From contig MNCI01002119.1 in the NCBI GenBank assembly GCA_015680685.1, positions 462,923 through 526,922 on the forward strand: DNA of 64,000 nucleotides, given 5' to 3'. The notes below the pieces were generated by a model. It was given only the letters and a program-made list of their open reading frames with translations, did no database searches and was not told the DNA's origin. Within the stretch, counting starts at the first letter, position 1. Each line of letters begins with the position of its first letter. The position numbers and the translations under genes were made by a program. This DNA comes from Gnetum montanum. Taxonomy: Eukaryota; Plantae; Gnetophyta. Positions 26,267-39,252 of the stretch are shown here, piece by piece.

Positions 26267-27095
26267 AGGGGCCAAGTGTTAGTCAAACAGATCCTTGGGG
26301 TTGAGTGTTGTTCAAATGGACCCTCAAGATCAACTATTCTCCAAATGGACCCTCGACACTAAGGGTTGGCCTAACGGACCCTTAGAACTATGTGTTGGCC
26401 AAATGGACCCTCAAGACCAATTGTAGGCAAAATGGATCCTTGAGACAAAATGTTGCCCAAACAAACCCTTGGAACAAACTATAGGCAAAATGGACCCTTA
26501 GGACAAAATTTTGTCCAAATATATCCTAAGGACCAATGGTTGACCCAATAAATCCTCTAGACAAAGTTTTGGCCACACAAAACCTTAGGACCGACCAAGG
26601 GTTAATCCAATAGACCATCTAGACAAAGTGTTGGCCACATGGACCGTTGGGATCAAGGGTTGGCCCAATGAACCCTCAGGACCAAGTTTTGGCCAAACAG
26701 ACCATCAAGACCAAGTGTTCACCAAACTTATTGGAACCATTTACTATAGGCAAAATGGACCTTGGGGACCGAGTCTAGGCAAAATGGACCCTTGGGACTA
26801 AGTATTTCCAAAATGGACACTTGAGACCAATTGTTGGCCAAATAGACCCTTGGGACCATATGTTAGCAAAATGGACCCTTGGGACGAAGGGTTGATCCAA
26901 CAAACCCACTAGATAGAGTGTTGGCCACATAGACCCTCTAGACCAAATGTTAGCAAAAGGGACTCTCAAGACCAATTGTAGGAAAAAAAACCCTCAAGAC
27001 CAAGTGTTATCCAAATTGACCCTTGGGATCAATTGTAGGTAAAATATACCCTTGAGACAGATGGTTGGCCCAATGGACCCTTAGGACCAAATTTT
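26267..27095. repeat. 29-bp tandem satellite (~28 copies; consensus ~AAATGGACCCTTGGGACCAAGTGTTGGCC)
   Basis: aaatggaccc-like starts recur at 26314, 26343, ~26372, 26401, 26430 and onward. Confidence 0.9.
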
Positions 27096-30000
27096 TAAGG
27101 GGGCAGGATAGTATGGCTGAGCCTGGCCCAATCAACATATATAAGAAGAGGTAGCATTCTCCCTGGGAGCAACTCATGGTGTCCTCATGAGAGTGCTCTT
27201 CATGGGAGTGCCTCACATAGCTGTGTAGCTGAGAGCATTCTCCCTAAGAATGCCTCCCACAATGCATGCGAGAGCATTCTCCCTAAGAGCGTCTCACATA
27301 GTGCTCTTGAGAGTGCCTCACATAGCACTTGCAAAAGGGCTCTCCTTGGGAGCACCTCATGCTATGCAAAAAGAGAATTCTCACTAAGAGTGCCCTCCCT
27401 AATAATACCCTCCCTTAGAGTGCTCTCCTTGAGCATGACCTCCCTGAGAGCATCCTCCTTAAAAGCATTCTCCCTCAGAGTGCCCTCCTTGAGAATGCCC
27501 TCCCTGAGAGAGCCCACCCTAGGAGCATTCTCCCTAAGAGAATCCTCCATGAGCATGTTCTCCTTGAGAGCACCCTCCCTAATACCAAATTTATAAGGAT
27601 GTAGGATAGTATGGAAAATCCTAGCCAAATCAACATATATGGGAAGAGGTAGCGTTCTCCCTGAGAGCACTACACAACACTCTCATGAGAGTGCTCTCCA
27701 TGGGAGCACCTCGCATAGTTGCACTAGCAAGAGTGATCTCCTGAGAGTGCCTCATGTAGTGCTTGTGAGAGCACTCTCCCTAGGAATGTCTTGTGCTATG
27801 CACATGATAGTATTCTCTCTAAGAGCATCCTCCCTAAGAGAGCCTTATGCTACGCATGTGAGAGCATTCTCCTTAAGAGAGCCCTCATTGAGAGTGTTCT
27901 CTTGTAGAGAATTTTCCCTAAGAGTGCCCTCCCTAAGAATTCCCTCCCTGAGAGCATTCTACTTAAGAGTGCTCTCCTTGAGAATGTCCTCCCTAAAAAT
28001 AATCTCCTTGAGAGCATTCTCACTAAGGGCACCCTCTTTAAGAACACCCTCCCTAAGAACGCCCTCCTTAAGTGTGTTCTCCATGAGCATGCTCTCCCTA
28101 AGAATGCCCTCCCTAAGAGCACCCTTCATGAGAGGGCCCTCCCTAAAAGTTTCCTTCCTAAGTGCATTCTCCTTGAGAGCACCCTCCTTAAGATCATTCT
28201 CCTTAAGAGCACCCTCCTTGAGAATACCCTCCCTAAGAGTGTTCTCCTTGAGAGCCCCATCCTTGAGCACATTCTCCTTGAGAATGCCCTCCACAAGCAT
28301 GTTCTCCTTGAGAGTGTCCTCCGTGAGAGCAACCTTACTAAGTGTGCCTTCCCTAAGAGTGCCTTCCTTGATAGCATTCTCCCTAAGATTGCCCTCCTAG
28401 AGAGTGCCCTCATCGAAAGCATTTTCCCTAAGAGCATCCCCTCTCAAAGTGCTCTCATTGAGAGTGTCCTTAGTCAAACTGCCTTGCACTACATATGTGA
28501 AAGTGTTTTCTCTAAAGGGGCCCTCTTTGAGAGCATTCTCCTTGAGAGCACCCTCACTCAGTGTAGGCTCTCTAAGCGCTCTCTTCTTGAGAATGCCCTC
28601 TTGGAGACCAAATTTATAAGGGTGCAGGATGGTTTGGTTGGACATGATCCAATCAACATATATAGGGGAAGGTAGGTTGACTCCCCCAAGATGCACTTTT
28701 AGGAGAAGTTAAGTTCATCTTAGGCTATCCTGGATGCACTTTTGAGTGATGCTAAGTGCATTCTTAGCCTTAATTAACACGCTTTTAGGTGATGTTGAGT
28801 GCATCCTAGGTTATCATAGATGTACATTCATGAGAGTGCTCTTCTTGGAAGAGTTGTGTGGTGTGCATCTGAGAGTATGCTCCTTAAGAGTGCCTTGTGC
28901 TATGAACATGAGAGCATTCTCCTTGAGATTTTCCTTCTTCAGAGTGGTCTCCCTAAGAGGGTTGCTAATGAGAGTGCCTTGCACTGCACACATGAGAGCA
29001 TTTTCTCTCAGAGCATCCTCTTTAAGAGTGTTCTCCTTGAGAGCACCCTCACTTAGTGCAATATTTGTGAGAGTGCTCTTCTTGAGAACGCCCTCTTTGA
29101 GACCAAATTCATAAGGGTGCTGGATTGTCTGGCAGAGCCCAACACAATCAAAATATATAGGGGGAGGTAGGACAACTACCCTAGGATGCACTTTTAGGAG
29201 AATTTGAGTGCATCGTAGGCCATCATGAATGCACTTTTGGGTGATTCTATGTCCATTCTTGACCTTAACAAACACACTTTTAGGTGATGTTGAGTGCGTC
29301 CTAGGCTATCATGGATGTACATTTAAGTGTGATTATGAGTGCATCCGTGGCCTCCATGGATATGCTTTTAGGGAGGATGCTCCCAGAGAGAACGCACTCA
29401 TGAAGTACATTCTCAAGAAGAACACTCTCAAGGTAGGCTCTCCTAGGGAGAACACTTTAATAAAACACACTCTTGAGAATGGCATTTTCAAGGAGGGTGT
29501 CCTCCTTGAGGGTGCCCTTGGGGAGAACACACTAAGAAATACCACTCTTAGGAAGGATGCTCATAGGGAGGGTGCTCTTAGGGTGGGCACTCTTAGGGAG
29601 AGTGCTCTCAACGAGGGTGCTCTCATGAAAAATGCTCTCAAATGCATAGCACAAGGCACTCTTCAGGAGGATGATCCTAGAGAGAACACTATCACATGTG
29701 TAGCATGAGACACTCTCAGGGACAGTGCTCTCGCAAGTGCTGCATGAGGTGCTCTCAAGAGAGTGATCTTTCCAACGTAGCTATGCGAGGTGTTCCCATG
29801 GAGAGCACTCTCATGAGAGCACCATGTGGTACTCTCAAGGAGAAGGCTACCTCTCCCCATATATGTTGATTAAACCAAGCTCTACAATACTATCTTGCAT
29901 CCTTATAAATATGATGTCAAGGAGGGCACTCTCAATGAGAACACTCTCGTGAAGTATGGTCTCAATGAGAACTCTCCTAGGAATGGCATTCTCAAGGAGG

Positions 30001-30895
30001 GCACTCTCAGGGAGAACTCTTTCAAGGAGGTCACTCTCAAAGAGAATTCTCTTGGGGAAGAATGCTCTTCAAGAAGGTGCTCTCACAAGTGCTTTATGAG
30101 GTGCTCTTGAGAGAGTGCTCTTACCAATGTAGCTATATGAGGTGCTCCCACGAAGAGCACTCTCACAAAAACACCATGCAGTACTCTCAAGGAGAATGCT
30201 ACCTCTCCTCATATATGTTGATTGGACCAAGCTCTACCATACCATCTTGCATCCTTATAAATTTGGTATCAAGGAGGGTGCTCTTAAGGAGAATTCTCTC
30301 ATGGAGGGTGCTCCCAGGGAGAACTCTCCCAAGGAGGGCACTCTCAAGGAGGGCGCTCTCAAGGAGAACTCTCTTAGGGAGGTTGCTCTCAAGGAGAATG
30401 CTCTCAAGGAAGGAATTCTCAAGGAGGGCATTCTTAAGGAGAATGTGCTTAGGGATGACACTCTCATTGAGAATTCTCTTAGGGAAGGCACTCTCAAGGA
30501 GAGCATTCTCACAAAGGCCATTTTCAAGAAGGTCGCTCTCAAGGAGTTTGTTCTTAGGGAGTGTGCTCTAATAGAGAACACTCTTAATGTGGGTGTTCTC
30601 AATGAGGGTTCTCTATGGGAGGGTATTCTCAAGGAGGACACCATCAAGAAGTACATTTGCATAGAAAACACTCTCAAGGAGGGCGTTCTTAAGGGGGGCA
30701 CTCTCAGGGAGGACGCCTTTAGGGAGAACACTCTTAGGGAGACCTATCTTAGGGAGGGTGCTCTCATGAAGAACAATCTTAAGGAGGGCATTCTTAGGGA
30801 AGGAACACTTAGGGAGGGCACTATTATGGAGAAAAATTTTAGGGGGATCACTCCCAGGGAGGTCATTCTCAAGAATGGCATTCTTCTTAGAGTTA
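27086..30895. repeat. 15-bp minisatellite (CTCTCAAGGAGGGCA-type) in higher-order blocks with ~70-bp spacers; orientation inverts near 29350 (foldback)
   Basis: 5-aa periodic ORFs (LKEGA/SLRAP) on both strands. The spacer ccaaatttataagg...caacatatat...ggtag occurs at 27086, 27585, 28608 and 29103, and is inverted at ~29846-29915 and ~30198-30266. Confidence 0.9.
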
Positions 30896-30899
30896 CCTA

Positions 30900-31732
30900 G
30901 TGTTTTGGATGCAAGAGAGTTGTTTCTTGGAGGTGCCTCAATCGGCCAATACAATAGTGTTTTCCTTGAATGTGCCTAGGCTTCATCATTGTGAGATCAT
31001 TCTTCTTTGAGGTGCCTTTTTTCACCAATGTGAGAGCACTATTGTTGAAGATGGTTAGCATTGAGGATGTGAGAGCACTCTCTTAGGAAGTGCCTTGAGT
31101 GTTCTACTTGGAGATGCCATGAATAACATACCTCAAAGATCTCTACTTGGTGATGCAAGAGAAATTTCCTTGAAGGCTCCCATCCAACAAATGTGAAAGC
31201 ACTTTTTCTAAAAGTGCCTGGCATTGCAAATGTGAGAGTGCTCTTCTTGAAGTTGCCTAATGTTGTGGATGCAAGAGCATTGTTCTTGGAGGTGCCTCAA
31301 TCAACCAATGCGATGATGTTTTCCTTGAAGATGCCTAGGCTTCATCATTGCAAGATCATTCTTCTTCAAGGTACTTTGTTTTTGCTAATGTGAGAGCACT
31401 GTTGTTGAAGGTGATTAGCATTGAGGACATGAGAGTGCTCTCTTGGAATGTGCCTTACTCCTTGGATTTGAGAGTGTTCTCCTTGGAGGTGCTTCATTAC
31501 ATAGATGCAAAAGGCATCCTTCTATGAAGTAACTCCCTTTGTGAATGTAGAAGCAGCCTTTTGGGAGTTTTATTGGGCTAGGTAAGGAAGATCTATCTCA
31601 TATGAGACTATTTGCACTAAGGGAGAGAGATTACTCTTCTCAAAACTGGTTTGCTCCTTTGGTTAGGAGAAGGCTCTCCTTGGGGTTATCTTGTGCCTGG
31701 TAGGCGAGAGTGATCTTCATTGAAGTGCCTTG
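30900..31732. repeat. Degenerate continuation of the repeat block, including a direct duplication at ~360-bp spacing
   Basis: 30907-31100 matches 31267-31460. Confidence 0.65.
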
Positions 31733-33056
31733 TGAAACACCATAAAATTTCGAGCCTATTACTTTTCCAACAAGAAGCAGGTCACTGCGACCCGCAAATG
31801 ACCACGACTACATCTGGTATTAAACATGGCAATTTCGAAGATCAGATATTTAATTTTCACCAAGTATGCAGTCTCAGCGTATATGCCCAGCGTATACGCT
31901 CAAGTTCACATCCATAGCGTATACGCCCGACATTCTCAGCATATACATCCAGCGTATATGCCTAGCATAGACGCCCAGCGTAGACGCTCAGCGTATACAC
32001 CCAGCGTAGATGCCCAGCGTAGACGCTCAGTGTATAAGCCCAGCATGGACATCCAGTGTACGCGCCCAACGTACACACCTCACATGTATGCCCAGCAGGT
32101 ACAACCGATGTATACGCCCAGCATGAAATCCTCAAAGACGGCATGGAAGAAGCATTGCAGGGCAAGATTTGGCATAATGCAGCAACCACCAGTGTATATG
32201 CCCGGTGTATATGCCCATCTACCATCAGCGTATACTCCCGGCATATACACCCAGCAGCCATCAATGTATACGCCCAGCCACCAACAGCGTATATGCCCAG
32301 CCACCAGTAGCGTATACGCCTAGAGTCTATGCTCGCTTGATACAGCGTATACACTCAATGTATACGCCCAACAAATGTAACATATTGTACACTTGTAAAT
32401 TTTACGCTTTTGCACCCGGCCAATGCGCCACGTGTCACCCAACCCGAGTCTAACGTCAAAACCTGTATAAAAGCCTGAATTTTTACTAGATCCAGGCGGT
32501 TGGCAAATCCCAGAGCAAACCAAAGAGAAGAGACGCTGAGAACTAGAGCAGAAAATTGTATACGCTGGACAACCCTGTACACTGAGCATACAGCCTCTAC
32601 ACTATGCCTACAGTGCGAACCAGCCCGCAGTCATCCCTGCATCCACTGGGGCTTTACGTCCGCCTTGTGTCAATCCACAACTGCGTTAGACCGGTGCATT
32701 GTACTCTCATTTTGAAATGCCATTGTTACATTTTCTTCCTACAATCTGTTACAGTCTGCATTAATCATTACATGTATTCTATTTACGCTCTTTTACATTT
32801 ACGCTCCGTTTGCATTAGTCACGTTGTTTACGCTCTGTTTTGCATCTGTTACACCGTTTACGTATAACCAAGCGTATTGCACTTCAGTGTATGTTCGGGG
32901 AAATCCTTGTCTGATCCGCATGCGGACCACCCAAGGTACTCTGCCTTCATTCATTTCAGCTCGCGCTCAGGTGAAGGTAGGATCTTCTATGTGTGTCCTG
33001 TGATCCCCCGGTTTCTGTTTCCTTCCAGCTGGAGACCGACGATTTCGTACGGTACA
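31733..33056 (+). repeat. 5' LTR of element E (1324 bp)
   Basis: TG...CA termini; homologous to the LTRs at 36636-37837, 40630-41867 and 56392-57637; TATAAAA at 32466-32472; many GCGTATACGC palindromes. Confidence 0.92.
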
Positions 33057-33061
33057 GAAAT

Positions 33062-33078
33062 TGGCGCTAGAAGGAGGG
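33062..33078 (+). other. Primer-binding site of E (tRNA-Asn-like)
   Basis: TGGCGCTAGAAGGAGGG, 5 nt after the LTR end. Confidence 0.85.
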
Positions 33079-33734
33079 CCTCTACCTAAAACCTTACCTG
33101 CAAGCTTCCCATCATTTACGCTGTTGGGTGTTTACGCTGTTGACCATACGTCGATTTCTCCCAAAAACCCTCTCAACGTTTACGCTGCTCAGTTTAAAAC
33201 CCAGTCGGCAAACTATCCAGCATCTACGCTGCTTAGCGTCTACACCGTTCTGTTCAAACCCTACCATTTGCAAGTCTTCCAGCATCTACGCTGCCAACCA
33301 TACACTGACTCTGTCTGCAAAAACCCCTGTGTCTACGCTGCTGAACATACTCCGCCCACTTTACGCTGTAGACCTTGTCTACACTGCACATAAGACCCTG
33401 TCCACGCTGTATACACCACCGCCAAGTTTACGTTGAACATCCTATGCTGTAAACCCATTTACGCTGCCGTCTGTATATGCTACACTCTGTACGCCGTAAC
33501 CTTGTTTACGCTGTACGCTGCCGCTATATACGCTTCTTAGCGTATACGCTGTACGATTTACACCGTAGATTCTCTACACTGACATTATACGCTGCATACC
33601 TATACATTGTATACACTATCGTTATACGCCGGTCACTGAAGCGTATATGCTGTACACTTCCAACCTAGGTTTGCACTATACTAGGCACACTGACTTCGCA
33701 TCTCTACATTGTGTCACATCCTCAACTTATCATC

Positions 33735-36635
33735 ATGAACACCGTAAGCACCACCGCTACAACCACACAAGTCACTAACATCGTAGGCACCATGGCTGTC
33801 CAACAGCCCGTGGTCTAACAGCCCGCGGCACAACCCACAACGGGGCCTTGTCGGTCCTTTAGGTTGCAAGGAAGAAACCCATCATCCAATGTCATAACCC
33901 AAGACTAATACAACTTCATACACGTGAAGATACAAGCCGGCCTACCCGTGGACCGAACCGAAATAGAAGTCAAGAGGCAGTACGAAATCTTCTACAGGGG
34001 AGGGCAAGAGTTCATTCCTACCCCGTACGATGTCATCCCTATCCCAGAGTCTTACTCTGAGCTAATCACATAACTCCTCCTGCAAAGGAGTCAATCTCGG
34101 GGTCAGCCTGCAGCAGATCCTCAATCAGAAGAGGAGGATGACTTCGCTGCCCAATCCGAACATGAAGACTCGTATCACACCCTTAGCCCGCAAACCCATG
34201 TTAACCCCATGTTTCATCTAGGCATAGGGGAAATCATGCCCCTCCAACCCCTCAGATTCACCCAAGCGCAAATGCCTTCACCAAAAACATCTGCATTCAT
34301 TCATGTTCCTCCTGCAACCGACCCGCAATTCAGCACACTCCCTCTCGCTATCATCCCCGCTGCAGCTGCAGGCCCATCCTCGCAAGTACCACCCCCACAC
34401 AATAATGTGGGAGCAACCTTCCCACCCCAAGTGATCAGGATGCCACATGTGATACCGGCATCTACGTCTGCTCACTATATCCCCCACATCCAAACACACG
34501 AAGCCCCTTCCACAGTTGTAACCCAACAGGGGGTTCCTCCACAAAACATGACCGGGCAATGGGCAGCGATGGGTGCTCAACCACATTAACCCCCTCATTA
34601 CAGCATGCCACCCCACTCAATTCCACCGGCCAACATTCCCCAAGTACAGCCGCAACCACAGCAACAAGGACCTCTCGCTTATAATGTGCCATCCCTAGTG
34701 CCACCCGCTATAAGTATTCCACAAGCACAACCGTTGACCGCACAGCTTTTAGCCTTTCAACCTACCATCCAACAATCCAATCTGTACAATATACCACATC
34801 CCCAAGCTGTCGTGTTACCTAGAGCCCAAGACTGGGCAGATGCTAAAAAACTAATGCAAGAACTAACTGACAAGGTCAAATGCCTCAAAATGACTGCCGA
34901 CGGAGAGTTGAAGGTAGTGGACTTTTACCACGATGACCCCATCAGCCGTTCCTTCCCACCCCTAACCTTTCCCAAAGGCATATCATTGCCTACACTAACT
35001 AAATATAAAGGGGAAACAGACCCTAATGCTCACCGTATAACATTTAGATTAGAGTGCGCATTACTCCAGGTGTGGCTACATGCCATTTTGCGAGTGTTCC
35101 CTATGTCCCTCGCCGGGAGAGCACTCGATTGGTACCGGCCCTTGCCGAGAAATTCCATATTTTCCCTAGAAGAGCTATTACATCAATTCGTGACCAGGTT
35201 CAAGTATAACTTGAAACCTGAAGTGACACTGGATAGCCTTATGCAAGTTAAACAAGCACCTCTGGAACCTGTACAAAAATTTATCCAGAGGTGGAGTGTC
35301 GCTCTCAACGAGCTACACGAGCCAATCCCACAGACATACCTGCTCACCATTCTAAAGGGGGCTGTTAACAATTTTTTAAAATCTAAGTTATATTACCTCA
35401 ATGTGCGTAACCTTAACCAAGCCTTTGTACAAATTAAAAATATAGAGGAGGAGGCCCAAAATAGCCATGATCCTGCGTATCTAGCCTTTAAAAATCAACA
35501 TAGTAAAAAGGCTAAAAAAAAGGCTAAAGTAACTATAGCAGCAATAGCGGAAATGCAACAACCAAATGTAGCACAACAAAATAAACCGTCAGTGACCCCT
35601 ACTAATTATGCTAAACCTACTCCCGCGACTGCACCAGAATCATCATCATCGTAGAACCCAACACAAAACCGTATGAGAAACTTTGAGAGGAAAGAGCCCT
35701 CCCAATATATTCCACTGCCTATGAAGCCATCCCAGCTATTCGACCAACTCCTGAAGGCTGGGTTAATGAAACACAAACAATTATCCCCTATGGCCATCTA
35801 GAGACATGATCAGTTCTATCAACTCGTTCAAAACCCAAGCCTAGCAACACCGGATAAGCCTCCAGTACCCAAAACTTTTAGAATGGATTGCTTCTGCAAC
35901 TATCACCAACGCAATGGGCATGGCACGGATTACTGTTTCATCCTGAAGCAGGACATACAACGAATGATCAACGGAGGCCAAATCACCTTTGATGAGGCCA
36001 ACCTTGTTCAACCGCAGAACTAGGCTATGGGAGTGTATAAAGATCCTTTGAATACCAAAGAGGCACCATACGTTATTAACACAATCTGCCTAGATAATGA
36101 ACCTGGAACGCCGACCATTAACACCGTCTACTCTGACTATGAACAAAAAACACCTAACAAGCTGTTTGTAATTCGTATTCCTCCTACTGCATCAACACCC
36201 ACGCCTCAATCATCAGACGCCCTGCAGCAGCCATATGTTGTCTGCGTACCCTCCGCCGTAGCGACTTCCAACGCCCTGACACGCGAAAAATCATACGTGG
36301 TGCGTGTACCTCCCGCCGTCACTACCTCAAATCTACCAACCCCTCCTACTTGGCCTCCCCCTTTCGTAGTCCGAGTACCACCCGCAGTCGCAACAGTGGA
36401 GGTCCAACCTTCGCCTAAACCAACCCCATACATCGTTAGGACACCCGAAAGTCCTAATGATTACCAATCCTCCACCTCACAAATGCAAAGTAAACCCAGT
36501 CCTTACGTCATCAGGGTGCCCATCCAACCTTCTGCTCAACCACATCTGACTATCCAATCGTAACCCCACCTAACTCCATACATCATACAAATCCCAAGGC
36601 AACCTGAGGCCTCCAAACCAACTACGCCCCCACGT
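33735..36635 (+). pseudogene. gag: gag of element E (in-frame stops, truncated before the protease)
   Basis: KYKGETDPNAH...FPMSLAGRALDWY...FVTRFKYN, FCNYHQRNGHGTDYC and Pro-rich repeats. Confidence 0.9.
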
Positions 36636-37837
36636 TGTACCGCCCGAAATCATCGGTCTCCAGCTGGAAGGCAACAGAGACCGTGGGATCGCAGGACATG
36701 CACAGAAGACCCTACCTTCACTTGAGGGTGAGCTGGAATGAACGAAGGTAAAGTACCTTCAGTGGTCCGCACACGGATCAGACAAGGATTTCCCCAAACG
36801 TACACCGAAGTGCTATACACTGGGTTATACGTAAATGGCGTAACGGGGGTAAATCAGAGCGTAAACAGCGTAACCGATGCGAACAGAGCATAACGTAAAC
36901 AAGAAAAAATAGAATAAATGCAACAATTAATGCAAAATGTAAATGATTTTGGGAAGAAAATGTAACAATGGCATTACAGAATGAAAGTACAATGCGCTGG
37001 TCTAACGCAGTTCTGACTGGAACACAAGGCAGACGAAAAGCCCTGGTGGATGCAGGGATGATTGTGGCTGGTTCACACTGTAGGCACAGTGTAGAGGCTA
37101 TATGCTCAGCATACAAGGTTTTCCAGTGTAAAATATTTTATGCTCTGGTTTGCAGCGTCTTTGCTCTCTGGTGTGCTCTAGAAATTTTTCCAACCGACCT
37201 GGATCTCGTGAAAAATTGGGGTTTTCATACAGGTTTTGACGGTAGACTCGGGTTGGGAGACACATGGCGTGTTGACCGGGTGCAAAAGCATAAAATTTAC
37301 AAGTGTACAACATGTTACATTTGGTGGGTGTATAGGTTGGGCGTATACGCTCTCTGGCGAGTATAAACTGTGGGCGTATACGCTGGATGTGCTGGGCGTA
37401 TGCGAACTTAGACGTAGATGTCGTGGACGCTGGCATATACGCTAATGGATGCAGGGTGTATATGCTGGGGGATGCTGGGCGTATACGCTCGTGTGCTGGG
37501 CATATACGCTGGGGCGTATACGCTGATGGTTGCTGCCTTGTGCCAGTTCTTGCTCTGCAGTGCTATTTCCATGCCATCTCCGGGGATTTCATTGTCGGGC
37601 GTATGCATCTGTTGTACCTGCTGAGCGTACATGTGAGGCGTGTATGCTGGGCATGTACGCTAGACATCTACGCTGGGCGTATACGCTGTGAACTTGAGTG
37701 TACACCCTGGGCGTGTACGTTGAGAATTTGAGCGTATACACTGGGAATGTACACTTGGGCGTATACGCTGAGACTACATACTTGGTGAAAATTAAGTATT
37801 GGAGAAGTACTAAGCTCGAAATTTTTGTGGTGTTTCA
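36636..37837 (-). repeat. 3' LTR of element D (1202 bp)
   Basis: tgtaccg...ggtgtttca on plus; preceded on minus by the PPT; flank CACGT is E gag. Confidence 0.92.
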
Positions 37838-37851
37838 TTGGCTTCTCTTTG
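37838..37851 (-). other. Polypurine tract of D
   Basis: Minus strand CAAAGAGAAGCCAA abutting TGAAACACC. Confidence 0.75.
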
Positions 37852-38899
37852 TTGACGCTTGGAGGAATCGACCCGAGAAGTGTCGACAAAGAAGTGTAAA
37901 ACACCACAAGCAACTTGATAGAGACTTTGTCCATTGCCACTTGACTAGACATCATCACACCGTGTTCAGTAGTACATGGAATTGGGAAAGTGGGATTTGT
38001 AACTGGTAGGAGAATGGGGATTGTGGGGACTAGTAAATGCCCAAGGGATTATGCTTGGTGAAGGGGATGCTCTGGTGTGTGTCATGCTAATCCTTGTCAA
38101 TGGCCATTATTTAGCAGACTCAGAATCCAAACATGCAATGCGCATTATTTGATGGAACAGGACTCTTTTTTAGTGTTCAAGAGGACTTGTTGGCAAGGCC
38201 AAAGCCACGTGATGATGCATTGCATTCTTTGGAGGAACAGGGCCCTTTTTTGGTGCTTTAGAGGGAGCCTATTGGTGGAGAGCCAAAGCCATGCAACTGG
38301 ATGTTTCCAGATTATTTTTGACATGAGTACTTGGTTTTAAGACAATTTCCTTCTTGCCTAGGGTGTGTGTGGAAGTGCCAAGTGTCCCCCTTCTTTTTTT
38401 TTGGAAGAAGCTTTGTTTTGATTTTGTACTCATGCTCAAGTGCTATGTTGTGTGTCGCAACCATTTTAAAGTGTTACAATATGCAATAGTGTGCTCAAAT
38501 TTTTGAATGTACTGGGCGTATCAAAGGTGTGGCTTAGTAGAGTGTGTCAGTGAATAGATAGAGAGTGTATCGGGAGATGGGGATGCACTCTCGAATGGTT
38601 TGATTTAGTCTTTCCATGTGTGCTTGTGAAAATTGTCCCATCTTGCTGCTTGTGACGAGCTACATTCTTGTGCGAAAACCTCTGGGTGTCATCCTGTAAA
38701 CATAACTCCAAGGAGACAAGAAAACCATGAGTGAATAAGAGAGCTTAGACTTACACAGCTACAGATGGAACAAAGATGCTGAAGGAGATTTTAGGCACTG
38801 TATACGAATGGCAGTAGCGTTGGTAGGATCGTCTGATGGCGAGCGATGCAGTGATGAAGTTTGAATGTGGCGGCGGATTGAGAAACTAGAGATAAACTT

Positions 38900-39230
38900 A
38901 CCAGTTTATAGTCTTGGTGGATCATCATGGGTTAGTTTTATGTCGTAACCCGTTGGACATTACCTGTTTAACATCGTGGTGGACATTACATTGCCAGTTT
39001 CTAGTCTTAGCGGACAATAAAGAGGCAAACTAGTTTATAGTCTTAGCAGACTCTGGCGAGTGTGACTGTGGCAGTTTACTATCATGCCGGATGGGCACTA
39101 GTTTATCATCATTGTGGACACAGGGTGGTATCAGTTTATCGTCATGATGCCGGGACGAGCTGTGGTATCAGTTTTAAGTCATAATCCAGGACTATTCTGT
39201 GGTATCAGTTTAAAGTCGTGATCCCAGGAC
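38900..39230. repeat. Post-integrase hairpin-motif array of D (~10 copies, YAGTTTA..GTC-N6-GAC)
   Basis: Direct reading; an orthologous array lies in C at 42850-43216. Confidence 0.8.
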
Positions 39231-39252
39231 TCACACGTACCTGAGCTTGTAC

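Larger units (their letters stand above)
31733..36635 (+). mobile_element. Element E: 5' LTR, PBS and gag of a C/D-subfamily element, interrupted at 36635 by element D
   Basis: LTR TGAAACACC...CGGTACA, PBS and gag ORF 34605-35654. Confidence 0.92.

Noticed and set aside
27362-30900. Long ORFs with 5-aa periodicity (LKEGA/LRENT; SLRAP) resembling pentapeptide-repeat proteins
   Set aside because: They are a by-product of a stop-poor 15-bp minisatellite: open in several frames on both strands and not matching the A(D/N)Lxx consensus.
31826-32715. ORFs in LTRs rich in YTPS/VYAQ (superficially like the Pol II CTD heptad YSPTSPS)
   Set aside because: They are translations of the GCGTATACGC DNA motif; frames are not conserved between LTR copies and there is no heptad periodicity.
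38900-39230. Short repeats with variable spacers, superficially CRISPR-like
   Set aside because: Eukaryotic retrotransposon context, degenerate ~20-nt repeats, irregular short spacers and no cas genes.
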